From the NCBI RefSeq assembly GCF_009834535.1, contig NC_045697.1, forward strand, positions 33,916,001 to 33,980,000: a DNA stretch of 64,000 nt, given 5' to 3'. Positions 12,010 to 25,600 of this stretch are shown here, one piece after another. A program made the translations under genes and the position numbers. The notes beneath the pieces were generated by a model. It searched no databases. It was not told the origin of the DNA and saw nothing but the letters and a program-made list of their open reading frames with translations. The number at the start of each line of letters is the position of its first letter. Position 1 is the first letter of the stretch. Source of the stretch: Camelus ferus. Taxonomy: Eukaryota.

Positions 12010-13620
12010 CTAACTATCAACTCCCTCAATGTCACACATCAAATCCTTAAAATTCTTCTGTCTTTCTTCCCCTCCTTCCATATAACTCTGAGAGAAGTTT
12101 TCATCTTCTTTCTAAGGCTAATCTCGCCATGTATGCATTTAATCTTATTGCTGGACACCCTTCTGATTTTGCTCCCTTCTTTTATCAAATCTTCAGTCTT
12201 CCCTCTGCTGACTCCTCTACGATTTTCTCTTCAAGCACTAGTCCTTGAAGAGCTTTGGTTTCCATTATTTCCTCATTTACTCCTTCATCTCCAAAAGCAC
12301 GACTCCCACCCATGCTTCTTTCCTAAAGCAACTCTGTCAAAAATCACCAGAACCATTGCTGGTAGTCAGTCTATACTCTTGACTTCTCTGAATGATTTAA
12401 GAGTGGTGATTGACCTTGACTTCAGGATTTCCAAGATTCACACAATTTACTCATTATTCTCATTCTTCTGTCTTTTTGTTATTCTAGCACTGTTTCCTCT
12501 TTTGCTCTAATTGTGAACAAGAGGGATTCCTTGTGGTTTAAATAACTCATTGAATTTAACAGCTTAAGTATCTAAAATATGAAGTCATTGAGTTCAGAAA
12601 AATATTTGTAATTGCTTACTGAGCATCTATATTGGATGTCTGACTGCCAGTTATTCCTGACTTGAACCCTGTTTCGTGTTATCTGTTTCTCCTAAAATCA
12701 GGTCTTCCTCCTTACACACCTGCTAACAAAATCATCCTCCTTCCAGTCAATAGGCATAAACTTGTAAGCATCTTTGTATTTCATTTGTCCCAAGATTCAG
12801 TCTGTTGCTTTTGCTCGAACATCTCCATTTCCAAATCATTTCCATCACCTCAGTTAATATCCCTAGTATCTTTCACTTCCTGGCCAATTTCCTGTCTTAA
12901 TTTTACCTGTTCTCATCCCCGCCATTATATTCTTCCTATAGTGCATATCAGGTCATATCAATCCCACACTAAAAAAAAAAAAAAAAAAAAAAGCAAAGAC
13001 AAAAAAAAATTAACAATGTCTCCATGGTCTCTGTAAAATTAATTCTCTGTCTGGAATCTGAGACCCTGTGTATATGACCAAATGTTTTTCCCACATTATT
13101 ATCCATTTCTTTCCTCTATTCTTTCCCCCATGAAGCCTAAACTTTTATGAAACAATTTACTTATTTCTCTAACCACATCTAGGGCATTTCAAATCAAGTC
13201 TGTCCCAAATGTACATAGGTCATATTTATACTAAAATACTATTAGCTGTTTATTTGAACGTCACATTCAACTAGATGTATTTCATCTAGCAAACCTACAG
13301 CCCTGCTCACATGCCCTCCTGTCTCTACCCCCAATTTCACGCACTCCATCACGTTCTCTCTTCTCTGAAAAGCCACTCTCAAATTCTACTTTCTCCATGA
13401 GGACTTTTACAACATTTCCAACCAGATAAAAACACTCCTTCTCATTTGATACCTTACCTCACTTTAATCTCCTAAAGGCCCATGAGATTTGTAACTCTCT
13501 TAAGATGTTTTATCTTTCTGTGTCTTAGAGTTATCTCCTTGTGATGCAAACAAGACTGTATATTTGTCAAAAATGGGAACTGTACTTCTTTAACCTTCGT
13601 CTCCTCTCTCTCAAACCAAA
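12010..13620 (+). mobile_element. Degenerate L2 LINE (contains A22 at 12971-12992 and a MER53)
   Basis: Long CT-rich stretch with L2 motifs (gcatctatattggatgtct; ctttctccatgaggact). Confidence 0.65.
13180..13297. mobile_element. MER53-like DNA transposon remnant
   Basis: tgtcccaaatgtacataggtcatatttatactaaaa...tgtttatttgaa...atctagcaaaccta matches the right half of MER53. Confidence 0.7.
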
Positions 13621-14429
13621 TAAATGTTTGAAAAATTGAAATGAAAATTTGTAGGATGTGGTCACCTGATTCATGATAGTTGTCAGCTGCAACGTTTCCT
13701 ATCTCTAAATGATGGCTTTTAACCAACGAGCAATTATCACTATTAATGAACAGATGTGTCCTGCCTCTTGTCCAAACACGATCCAGCTGGCTGAAAACAC
13801 TGATTCTCTCCAAGGCCCAGCCCTGTGGGTGCTGCAAGATTGTGTTTATCTTTCCCTGAAAATGGCAGGCATGGAACGATTTAATTCTGGGAAGACATTC
13901 AGTGGTGTATTTAACTTCCTTAATCTGCCCTTCCTTTTGCCTTCCCCTCCTAACCCTTGCCTGAGCTTTGCTTTCAAACTTCCATCATCTTATTTTCCTG
14001 CATCTCCTAGCAAAGCCCAGGACCAGAGCCACGTGGTTTCAAAGGGCTACATGAGGATGGGGAACGGGATGGGTAGTGTAAAGCAAAGCATACCAGCTCA
14101 GTACTGGCTCACACTGGGACTCCACAGGTGTGTTGCAGAGTGTGGGGAGGGGGGGGCTTCTGTGCACACACTAAGCACATACAGAGTAAGACACATCATT
14201 TGAACTATTATTGACAGCAGCTGTATCATGAAATTCAATCATTACCCAGGTATACAAATAATTGAACTATATTATACATCAGGCACTATGCTAAGTGCTC
14301 TACCTATATTGTTGTATTTCATCTTTACCACAACACTATGAAGTTTGTACTATTATTATGCTAATTTTACAGATAACCAACACTAGGAGAGCTGAAGTAA
14401 TTTTTCCTGTCTCCTAATTTATTATTAAC

Positions 14430-16190
14430 TTTTTAAAAACAGGTTCAAACAGGTCTGAACATTGCATTTGGCTGATAAATTTATCTAAAATCTCTTTTAC
14501 TCTAAAAGTTTCCTATTCCTTTATTTTCCTCCTGTAAAATTTTTTTTTAAGAAACCATGCTTTTTTTTGTGGTTACATCCACTTGTTGTAAATGTGTTCT
14601 TTTATGCCCCATATCTGAGGCTTGATTGGGTTTGAATTAGTTATTTTGTTGTGCTTTGGTGAGACTGCTTCCTAAACCAGCCCTGTTTTGTACTTTTATT
14701 GGGAGACAAGAAACACCTGCCTGTGTCTGTTTTTGTGATGTGAAGACTGATGTGCTGACTGAGGCACTGACCATCTGATCTGTCCATTATAATAATCCCA
14801 TCAATTTGTATGTAACAGTACTTGTTTGCTAGGACTGCTATAGCGAAACGAGTGACCTGAGCCACAGAAATGTATTCAAAAATGTATTCACAGTTTTGAA
14901 GTCAGCAAGGTTGGTTCCTCTCAAGGGCTGTGAGGGAAGGGTCTGTTCCAGGGCTCTCTCCTTAGCATACAGGTGACCGATTTCTCCCTGTGTCACCTCC
15001 CTTCTTGGGTCTCTCTGTGTCCCCTTCTTATAAGGACATCAATCCTGTTGGATTAGGGCTCACCCTAATGACCTCGCTTTAATCTGATTACCTCCGTGAG
15101 GGCCCTGTCCCTAAACAGAGTCACATTCTGAGGTGCTGAACGTCAGGACATCAACATATGAAATTAGGGGGACACAATTCAGCCCCTGACAGTAACAATT
15201 TTAGCAGCCACATATAATCTCTGCTTAAACCTATTTAGAGTTTACAAAATGAGAATACTCTACCATCCCTTCCTTTTTTATTAACTGGATTATTCTCTAA
15301 AGAACTTTCCCTCACCAACTGTTTGGTCATCCTGAGGTCAAGTTGGTGCTGACAGGCAAGATAAATGCTTGACTGTTTCCCTTTATGTAGCAGTTCTCTA
15401 AACAAGTTGTTTCCCTAGAGCCCCCTAGATGTGAGCACTGAGGTTCGGCGTTTTGGTTTTTTTGTGTTTATCACTATGAGGTCACGGGTGACAGCAGGTG
15501 TGTCTGAGTCAGTCCACAGCAGCTATGGTTATTCTTGACCCTCTCTTGTCCTATCTTTGCCCAGTGGCAGCCCCTGTAAGTTGGCATCTGAGTTCTTTCA
15601 ACCTGACCTCAGGAGTTGCTGATCGCCTCCTTGTCTTCTGGTGCATCAACTTGTACATTTTTTTGTCCCAGAAGAATAAAATATATATATATATAGTTAC
15701 ATGTGTATATATGGTTGTTTGTGTGTGTGTGTGTATAAAAATAGTTTTTAAATTAAAATACCAACATTATTGTTACTAACAATATGATTACCAAAAACTG
15801 GTTTGAGATTTCCTTGCAGTGTTTTTTGTCCTTAGGGTATATCCCATAAGGAACAAAGACTAAAGTTACTATTTTTTAAGTCACATTTTAAGTTTCAGCT
15901 TAGGAATAGTTGCTTACTGTATGGTTAAGCTCCATTTCATTTTGCTTTTGGTTTGGAATTTTTAATTTTTATTTAATTTTATTTCACAATTATATTAAGC
16001 ATTTACATGGCTAAAGTCAAACTATGACACAGAAGAAGTCTTATTTCCATTGCGGTCCCAACCCTCTCCCACTCTTTTCTTCCCCTATAGGATTTTCATT
16101 TGTTTTGTGATTGTTTTTTCACTGTAACAGACACGTATATATAGTCATACTTCCACCTTTGCTAGAAGGTAGTATAGTGTAACTGCTACT
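14430..16190 (-). mobile_element. Old L1MC/MD-like 3' region interrupted by the MLT1 LTR
   Basis: aggcaagataaatgcttgactgtttcccttta and gcagcccctgtaagttggcatctgagttctttcaac are typical old L1 3'UTR antisense motifs. Confidence 0.6.
14817..15191 (-). mobile_element. MLT1 (MLT1A/B-like) solo LTR with 5-bp TSD
   Basis: cttcttataaggacatcaatcctgttggattagggctcaccctaatgacctc...gacacaattcagcccctgaca; TSD GTAAC at 14812-14816 and 15192-15196. Confidence 0.9.
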
Positions 16191-17749
16191 CTTTACCTTC
16201 TAAAGTGATTTTGCAAAGCCCCCATAAGTGTTGAAAGCAGAGTTTTAACCCAAGTCTTTTCATTTCTGTCTATACTCGCAGCCCCTGTACAGAGCAGCTT
16301 ATTACTGTCCTGTGTTAAGTACTTTTCCCTGAAGATCATTTCTAGGAAGACAGTTGCCCATGTAAGATGCTTCTGTGGCTTACCACTGTAGAAATGAAAA
16401 TAATCAGAGCAGGCGCATAGCATAAATGGGAATAGCTCTGCCAAGTGCGAATGTGTTAGCTTTATGAAATGTACACAACTGTGTCAGGTCCTCAAGCACA
16501 TACTAATGACTTCAAGTTCCAAAGAGAAGCTTCTAAGCATCAGGTTTCAGAAATGAATCAAATATTAACCAGAAACCTGTGTCTTGATGGGGATTTGGAG
16601 AACTCCCTCACTGTGTTTGCTTACCTAGCTCTACTCCGAATCGATTTTTTGATATTCTTGACATTGCCTGGCTGTGGGTTGTGCATGAGAATAAAATCAA
16701 TGGCTACATTTATTGAATATAAAAGAAAAACAGAGTTTCCCACTTTTCCTTGGAGGCTCAGCTCATCTTGCCTTGTTCTTCTTGATAAAGCCAAGTAAAA
16801 AGTAGAGGCAATTATCTTGATAATACAGATCAAAAAAAAGAAAGAAAGAAACAAACAAACAAACCAAAAACCCACCACTATTGATTTTTAAAGCAATTTG
16901 GGGGTCCTAAATATTTCATAGTAGCTTTCTATATTGATTGTACATCCTGAAAAAAGATTTCTTTCTTACAGACATTCTGTGTATAGAGACAGTCATGATT
17001 ACATTCAAGAGTCCTGCAGATCGCACAGGCTTACTGTGAGACAGGCTGGGCGGAGACATTGTTGAGTCCACTGCATAGAATATACATGCGGGCTGATGCG
17101 CGGTTTGCAGAGGATGACTGGCTGATATTGACAAATGCATCCTAAGAGAAAGAAACTTGGTACTTCAAATGGAAGAGAGAAAAAGCAGAGCATGCATAAA
17201 GAATAGGTAGCTCACTTTATTTGAAAGAATGCCTGGAGACGCTTCATACTTCCCACCAAAGAGCACAGTATGGTTATTCTCCTCACACTGTGGTTGACTT
17301 GTATTTCAGAGACTCATCAGTGGAGTGCAGAGAAAGCTATTTAAAATGTCCTCCGGTGAGCAGACTGCTATTTTTGCCTCTCAAAGTTTTTGTTTTTAAT
17401 GCTCTTTATTCACCTATATGTATATATACATATATACATATATATATGATTCGATAATATTTGTTAGCAGCTCCCAAATGAGTGATTTAAATAGCTATGT
17501 GGTTATTGTAGCTCTTGTGTGGTTATGTGACCTGTGGATGGACTGTGATGATTAAATCTCCATAATCAAATTAATGTAGAAGATTAAGGACAAACAGTGA
17601 CCATAAATTATATAACAAAGAACCACGTCTTCTCAAATTCTTAACTTTGTTTGAGTCCTTGTGGAATAATACCTAATGTGAATGCTCGGGAGCAAAAAAA
17701 AAAAAAAAAAAAAGCATGAGAGAAAGAGAAAGAGAAAGAGGAGGGAAGA

Positions 17750-17872
17750 GGGGGAGGGCATAGCTCAGTGGATAGCATGCATGAGGTCCTGGGTTCAATC
17801 CCCAGTACCTAGATTGAAAAAATAAATAAATCAACCTAATTACCACCCCCTTGGAAAAAAAAGAAAGAAAGG
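17750..17872 (+). mobile_element. tRNA-derived SINE (camelid Vic-1-like), internally deleted
   Basis: A box tagctcagtgg, B box gggttcaatccc, A-rich tail; 14-bp TSD aagaggagggaaga at 17736-17749 and 17873-17886. Confidence 0.85.
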
Positions 17873-20800
17873 AAGAGGAGGGAAGAAAGGGAAGAATGGA
17901 GGGAGGAAGTAAAAGGAGACAAAAATGGGAAAGGAAAACTAAGTATCTCAGAAATATGTTATGAATTTTAGATCCTAGTTATAATATTATAAATGACACC
18001 ACTTCCAAGAAGACAGATTAGATTTTGACAACCATTTGTGGATTTTTTTAAGTAATCTTCTCCAGGACCTCAATTTATTCCATTAAATCATCATTTCCAA
18101 CTTTAGTATTTTAGTACCACTTCCATGATTTCTGCCACAAAAGTGTATCATCTGAAAATATTGAATCATTTTTTACTTCTATATGTATATGTATGTATAT
18201 TTTTATATATACATATATATTTAAAGGAGACTTTATATCCTCTGTATGTAGAAAACTATTTTAATAGATATTAACATACATCTAAGCTAGGAATTGTATT
18301 AAAATTTAAAAATGCTTATCCATGTTCCATCTACAATGATAATTCCACATTTATAGAATTGAGATAACAATATTGCCTATCTTATGGGGTATTTAAGGTT
18401 AAATAAGTTAATATCAATAAAAGGCTTACAACATTCTCTGACACATAGTAAGGGCCAGATGAGCACCGACTTAACCTTGTACAAAACATGTGATATATGT
18501 ATGTGTAGATATTAAGCATATGCCATTGACATAATAACGATCATCTTCAAATAAAGGCCTCAGCTTTCTTTACTAACCTTTGGAGGCATCAAGTTAAATC
18601 TAGCCTCCCTGTCAGTGCTATGTGTCTCAATTTGTGGAATGGACACCTCAAGAAGCCACCAACTGGCTCTATGGCAATTCAACTTCTTATTTTGTATTAC
18701 ACCAAAGGGAAGAAGAGTGTGTTTCTCAAACCTAAAATTCCATCTTGGTTTCCCTATCAGAGATAATACTAGGCCAAATCTGTCATTTCTCCGTTTTTCA
18801 GTAGTGTTACGAGATTGGGACTTTCCATATGCGGAACAATCGGTGGAGCAACATCGTTTATATCGATGCAGATCCACCACCACTATGGAAGCAGTAGTCT
18901 CCTTTAGAACAGAAATGTCACAGAGGATTTCTGAGAGGATATGTGCCATTAAAACACAATAGAAGACATTTCCCAAGGCTAGATCTTCTAGAAAAACACT
19001 AACTTATTTTGATATCAACACAAATATTCTCACTGGCATTAATAGTATACATTATCAGTAAAACTAATATTGCTTTATTACATCTAAAAGAAGTAATAGA
19101 GCAATGAGTATCATATTTAGTAGAATTAACGCCTCATCCTTCTGAGTGTCTCAACTCACAAAAGACATTTTGGGGGGAAGAAATATTTTGCTACATAACC
19201 CATCCTTCCCTCCCCGTTTTGATACAGTGAGTACCATTTATCCAAGCACAGCACGCTTTGTTCTTTCCAGGACATAGAAGGTTATACTCAAGGAGCAGCT
19301 CTTTGTGCAAAAAGCTAGCATTTTCTTTTCTATATCTTCCAGGAAAATTTTAGTTTTATCTTTTCTAAACATTTTCTCTTCATGTATAAAGACAGGGATG
19401 GAACCAAAACAGGACAGGGGTGGATGGGGTAAAACCAATCTGTAACGAAACCACAGAGAGCTGGAGCTGATAGTATTGTCTGATCTGTTGTCTCCTAATT
19501 GCAAGGTATGGTAGACACACTCAGTGACAACAACAACAGCAAATAATGTAAATAGAATTGTTATTTTAATTAAATCCTCACATTCTTACTCCTATTTTTT
19601 TTCAAACTTGGATAAAATTGTTTAAAGCAGAGTTCTTTAATCTTCTTAAACATCAAAGGATTACTGAAGATGGAGAAGTGTATTGCTTCTAGAATCTAAA
19701 CAATGGATTGCTTTGAAAATCTAGGTAATTACACTTCAGTAATTAAAGTGGAATCTTAAAGATTAATAAGTGCCACAAAAGGTGCCATGAACATATATAT
19801 GTTGTTACACATTTCTACTTTCTCAGTTAAAAAGTGGAAAAATATCAGAAAAGGGGAACTGCAATTCTTCAGGTTCCAGAATATTTTATTCTCAGTCATG
19901 ACAGGCATAGGTCCCACGGTCTGCCAGCTTTTCAGTGTTTTAGGAAAATATTTGAGACTTGAAAAGAAAAGCTTAATGGCTCCAAAACAGAGATGAAAAC
20001 TCTGAGATCACAATTAGAATTATTAATTAAATGCCTCCAACTGTGACATTCTGTCTACAGGCCATTTATACATTTAAAAAATAAATAAACTCAAATTGTG
20101 AAAGTTATTTTTTAAATTATATTTATTGCATTTGCTCAGGAATGCCTTAGGCCAAGAGAATATTCAAAAGACTTCACTCATGCTTTGTTATTTTGGAATT
20201 TTTTACCTGGTCTCTTAGTTCTGCTCTCTTCCCTTTCAATTCTATCCTGCAGCCCACTAGCAGATTTTTTAAAATGAAGCATCATTTTTGACACTACTTT
20301 TCTGCTCAGGAATCTGTTGACTCCCAATTACCCACTAGACCAAGCTTCTCTCCAGACATTCATGACATGTCACAATTAGATCGACTCCAAGCAGCCTCAT
20401 TTAAGATTCTGCCTAACCACAAAGCCTTACACCACAAGTGCGGGCTTCCTTTCATGTTCCTGAATCACTAGACTGATTCTTATTTCCTAGCCCCTGGTCA
20501 GTTGTTCTCCTTCTTTTTAATTCAACAATGAAAAGTCTTTCCTTTCTTTTTAACTGTCTATTTCTCATATTCCAAGATCCAATTTAGAGGTCACTCCTTC
20601 TTAAAATCTTCTGTAACTGCTTTAACCCTCCACAGGTGCACAGAACTTGGAGCCTTTTTTAATATAGCAATTATGAAACATCTTCTCCAATTAGCTATTG
20701 CTTCACATATTACTCCCATCTTCCGCAAAACTGTATAATCTTTTTGAAAATAGAGTCTATTTCTTATACTCCTTTCCCCACAGCAAGCACATACTAAGCA

Positions 20801-20884
20801 AATGGTCCACTTACTATTTTACTTATTTACTGATAAACCTCTTGCTTTTAACTGTCTCCCTGACTATGGTTTCTGTGAAGTCAG

Positions 20885-20945
20885 CTTTGCTTTATGCTGT
20901 ACACCAGAAATTGACACATTGCAACTGACTATGCTTCAGTAAAAA
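20885..20945 (+). mobile_element. Short L1 3' terminus
   Basis: tgctgtacaccagaaattgacacattgcaactgactatgcttcagtaaaaa. Confidence 0.75.
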
Positions 20946-21839
20946 CTCTTTTTTTAATTTTAAGGAGAAAGTTTATTCCTCACATGAAAATAGAAATTAT
21001 CCAAAAATGAAACCCTTACATGAAGATGGTTAAATCTAATGCTTAAGATTCTGTTGTAGCTCATGTGTAGAGGGCTTCCTCCAAAGAGTGTAAAGCATGT
21101 TGAGATATGAGAAATGTATACAGTGCTAAGGGTGATATTTCTTCTCTTTTTACCAACCTATAAAATTGTGCATGAGTGCTTTTTCTTTAGAGTAGTTCCT
21201 TCAGAAAACTATATGCTTAGCCCATCAAGACTGCTGCCTTCAAAGTAGTTTTACAACTTCTCTTTAGGAATTTAATTGAATCCTTGGCTACATTCAAAGT
21301 AGTAGCAAATCATTACCTTCAAGGTGATTATTGGAAAAAATAAGAGTGGGAGATAAACTTGTGAACAATATTGTTGGTCAAAGCTGGGTGTAACACATAC
21401 ACATAACTAATTTTTTCCTTTATTTCATTAAATAACTATACACGTATATTCCAAATGAGAGTTTAAAAGGACTTTTAGCTAAAGAAGCACACAAATGAAA
21501 TGATATTGTATCTCATCAATGGAATTACTTCCAAGAGTCCAAACTTATTTGTATTTATTATACCCATTGTTCAGTTCAGATGATGTAATATTAACAGACC
21601 AGAGTCAGATAGAAGAGCTATTCGACTTCTATATTACTCCTATCCAATCAGGTAAGGAGACTCATATTCCATCTGGAATGGTAAAAACAAACATGATTTA
21701 GAAATTATTGAAGAGGAGACAATTAACAAATCATACAGAGGCATTTAGTTACTCATAGGAGTAGAAAGTAGTGCACTGATAGATTTGCTCATAGTTTGGA
21801 TCTAAGTTATGAAAAAAATAGAGTAATTAATAATGATTT

Positions 21840-22640
21840 TATGTGGATTTTGACCTGGGGAGCTAAAATAACAGAGTTGGAGGGGCTGTAGACAAAATAC
21901 TGCTGGGGAGAAACTAAGCTCTGTTTGGAGGAAGTTGTAGCTGAAGTTCCAGTGGACATGCAAGTGAAGAGTTAGGTGCAAAACTTGAGATCCAGGAGGG
22001 AGACCTGGATTCAGAATCATTAGTATGTAAACAGTCTTTAGAGTTATGTGTCTGGATGATCTCACCAAGGGCATGAGCATAGATGGGACAGAGATGAAAC
22101 CCAACATCAGGAGAATGGAGAAGGCCCCCAGCAGCTAGCACAAGGAAGAAGAGGGGAAAATAGCAAAGGAATCTAAAGAGAAGCAGCCAGTGAAAGCAGG
22201 AGGAAAACCAGGAGACTGTGGTTTCCTCGAAGCCAGGTGAAGAGAATGTACCAAGAAGGTGAGAGTAATCAATCGTGTCAAGTATTGCTGATCAGTTGAA
22301 TAACTTGAGGTTTATTGGTGACTTTACCAAGACCAAATTGGGTGTCATGATGGAAGAAACCGTCTAATTGGAATAGATTCAGGAGAGAAGTGGAAAAATG
22401 GAATTGTAAACAATGGACGCATCCGTATGCTGTTGAGAAAGATACATTTGAGAAGGGAAATTTGATGCTTCAGGAGAGAGTAAAGAGACAATCAGGCAAT
22501 ATGTCCTTGAACAGGCAAGAAGGTGCAACATTTACTGTAAAACTGGAGGCTTAGCCTTAGATCAGAACATGAGCTTCACTCACTGGAACAGGAGAGAAGG
22601 CAGAGTCTATGGGTACAAACCCAGATAGATGGATCAATGT
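21840..22640 (-). mobile_element. L2 LINE fragment
   Basis: ggacatgcaagtgaaga, ggatgatctcaccaaggg, gaagccaggtgaagagaatg and ttattggtgactttacc. Confidence 0.75.
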
Positions 22641-22649
22641 GGTGGTAGT

Positions 22650-25600
22650 ATTTAATCTTCACAATAAGTTCTTAAGATAGGTGGTCCCATTTTTTCCCTT
22701 TTAAATGAAGAAACTGAGGCACCAGCAAGATAAGTAACTTATTAAAGATCATATAGCTAGAAATTGACTAAGCCAGAATTTGAAACCAAGCAATCTAACT
22801 TCACGGGCTAAACGCTTAGCTGCTATTCTAATAGAAATACAGGGTTCAGCACAAGGTCAGGTCCCATCTAGACTATTTTTCTCAGTCCTGGATAACTCAT
22901 CTTGAGAACCCAAAGGACTACAACTGGGATGCCACAGGCCTTGGACCTCTGTCCCTGTGCAGGTAATGAAGCTCTGAAGATTATCACTCTTAGAGCTTTT
23001 TATCTTTAAAGCCACAGATGAGATGCCAATGTAGTTGCTTGTGTTTAAAAATGTAAAAATATAGAAACTATGGGTTTTAAAAAATATTTGAAGAAAATAG
23101 AAGGAATTAGGGAAGGAACTCATTTTACCTAGACTGAAAATAAGCCTAGATAGTGGAGAAACAGGATAACTCTCCAGAAGTATTTGAAAATCTGTTATTT
23201 CAAAGAAAGCTTAGACTTACTCTGTGTTGCTTCCAACAGAAGATCAGTGACCAACATGTGAAACTTTCAAGGAACATATCCATTTCTTTGCCTACCTTTG
23301 TGAGTCTCATATGAAAAAAAACTCAGTATAAACATTTAACTTATATTCAAGAATGGAATTAATGCCTTACTACTAGGGTCTCTCCAGAGGTAGGTAGGCT
23401 GGTGGAAAGAAAAGAATTTGAGCTTTAGAATCAGAACGAGCCCCACCATTTACTGGCTGCAGGCCTTAGGACTAGTTCCCCAACCTCTCAGAACCTCAAC
23501 TTCCTCATTTGTAAAGTGTCCGTAGTGATATATCTTTCAGATTTTTATAAGAATTAATGTGTGTGAAATGAGAAGAACAGCATTTTTGGTTTGTTTGATT
23601 TATTTTTCTCTTACCCTTCTCTCACACCAGCCTCTCCACTGCTAAAAATGTTTAGACAGAGCTTGGATGAGTACAAATATACATCAAAGATGCTGCAAAT
23701 GGGATTCCAGCCGTGAGTGTGAGGTTGATTAAGTGGATTATTAGGTGCATTGTAACTCCACATTGCTACAGAGCTAAGGGAAACATTATTCACAGAAATT
23801 AAAAGCACGGGAGTTGGAGGCCCACAGTCCTTGGATATAATCGTGTAGTTCTCCAACATGTCAGCTATATGATCTTGGACATGTAATAAGCCTGTCTATG
23901 CCACAGTTTCTTTAACAGAATCATAATGGTACCAATGGGACATAATTGCTGAGATACTTAGATGAGAAATGCATTTAAAGTGCATAGCAGCAGGCCTGTC
24001 ATAGAGTAAGCACTCCTCTATTCTTGGGGACTGCTCTGTGGGTTAAGAGCCTATCTCTTTAAAGTGTTGTTCCACTTCCTTGGGAGGTGCTGCTGCTTTC
24101 GAGATTAAATGGAAGGCCCTTTCATGGCCCGTATAGAATCATTTGGATTACCTTTGATGATATCTGCCCCTAGCCCTTTAGAATTTAGAATCTCTCTAGG
24201 CTTGTTCAACCTGGACAATGAAGAGCCGTTTCATTCTTTTCTAGGCTCTGAGTTTTGTGAGTCATTGGATTAGTGGAGCCACAGAAGAATGGAGCCATTA
24301 TCTTGGTGCAGGAAACTCTGTTATTGCTCATTATTTTCAAGTATTATGTACTTTTGTCTTTTGTGTCACAGTATAATTCTGTACTAAGGAAACCGTATGT
24401 GCTGAAAATATAGTCATTTTATTCACCCCATATAAAAAGGGCAATGAGGGATGCCATTTTTAGAAAAAGATAATGAGTCTTTGAAGATCAGCTTCCTTTG
24501 TGTCTTTTATCTAGAAATACACATGCCAAATGAGATGCTAATAGATTTGGTTTCTGCTAAGAAGCTTAAGAAAATTAGGGACCTTGGTTGAATGTAGAAT
24601 TTACGGTTTAATCTAGAGAAAATGTAGTATAATGAGTTGCTTTGTTCCAGGTTCCACTTTCATGTTCCATTTTTATCTCCATCTTTATTGTCAAAAAATG
24701 TAAAAAATTACTACTTTGTGACTTGGAGAATGATGGGCCATACGCTTAAGTCACTTACTTTTTAAAAAAAAAAATGGATGTTTTACTTATATTCAGTGTC
24801 TGAGAAGAGTCCAAAGGAAACAATAGCAAAAAAGTTCTCCTATATGTATACCCTAAAGAAAACAGACAACTAATACTCAGTCAAATAGGTGTGGTGCTAA
24901 TAGGGCCATTTCTAGAATACCCCAGGGTCTGAAATGATTTTGGAAAAATCGTTCCCTTCTGACCTTCAGCAGCTACAAGAATGAATTTGGAAAGATCCAC
25001 CTGAATGCTCACCAGTCTGTGCACTGACACTGTTTCCTGGCTGTCTTCCTCCCCAGCTCTAGTAAGGGAAGAATTGGCATTGAGATCAAACACACCTAGA
25101 CTCAGGGTCATCGTGTACCCACTAAGACTTCGGGATCCATCCATTACGATAAGATGATGAATTCAAGTTACAGTTTGAAATTTAAGGGGATCTTCATCCT
25201 CCTCTATAAGCCAGAGCCACTGACGAGCATCTGGAATTTAGCAAACCGTGTCCCCTCCCCGTTGTATATCTTGCATTTTTCTTCCACTCCAGAAGCTCCC
25301 CCTTGTTCTAGCAGGGCTTTAGGGACAAAATCACAGGTAACAGAGCCAGCAATGTGACTTTTTCTAGAACTAGAATACCAGGCTATGTCTACCAGTATGC
25401 CAGATGAAGTCAGAGGCAACTCTAGTTAAATTACCCAGGCCTCGGAGGTGACCATGCCCCTGCTCATTGCTACATGTCTGCTCTCCAGAGCTAGGAGGCA
25501 GCGTTAGGTAGTGGTTACAAGCACACACCCAGCAGTAAGACACAGCAAGGTTTAACCTGGCTTTGCCACAAGCTAGATGATCAGCTAGATGTCTTTGGTA

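Noticed and set aside
12133..13036. Hydrophobic 124-125 aa ORFs
   Set aside because: Artefacts of CT-rich degenerate L2 and a poly-A run.
13709..14203. Longest ORF (164 aa)
   Set aside because: No recognisable domain or exon context; expected by chance in 64 kb.
18560..18976. Overlapping 138-aa and 115-aa ORFs on opposite strands
   Set aside because: No protein resemblance and alternative start codons.
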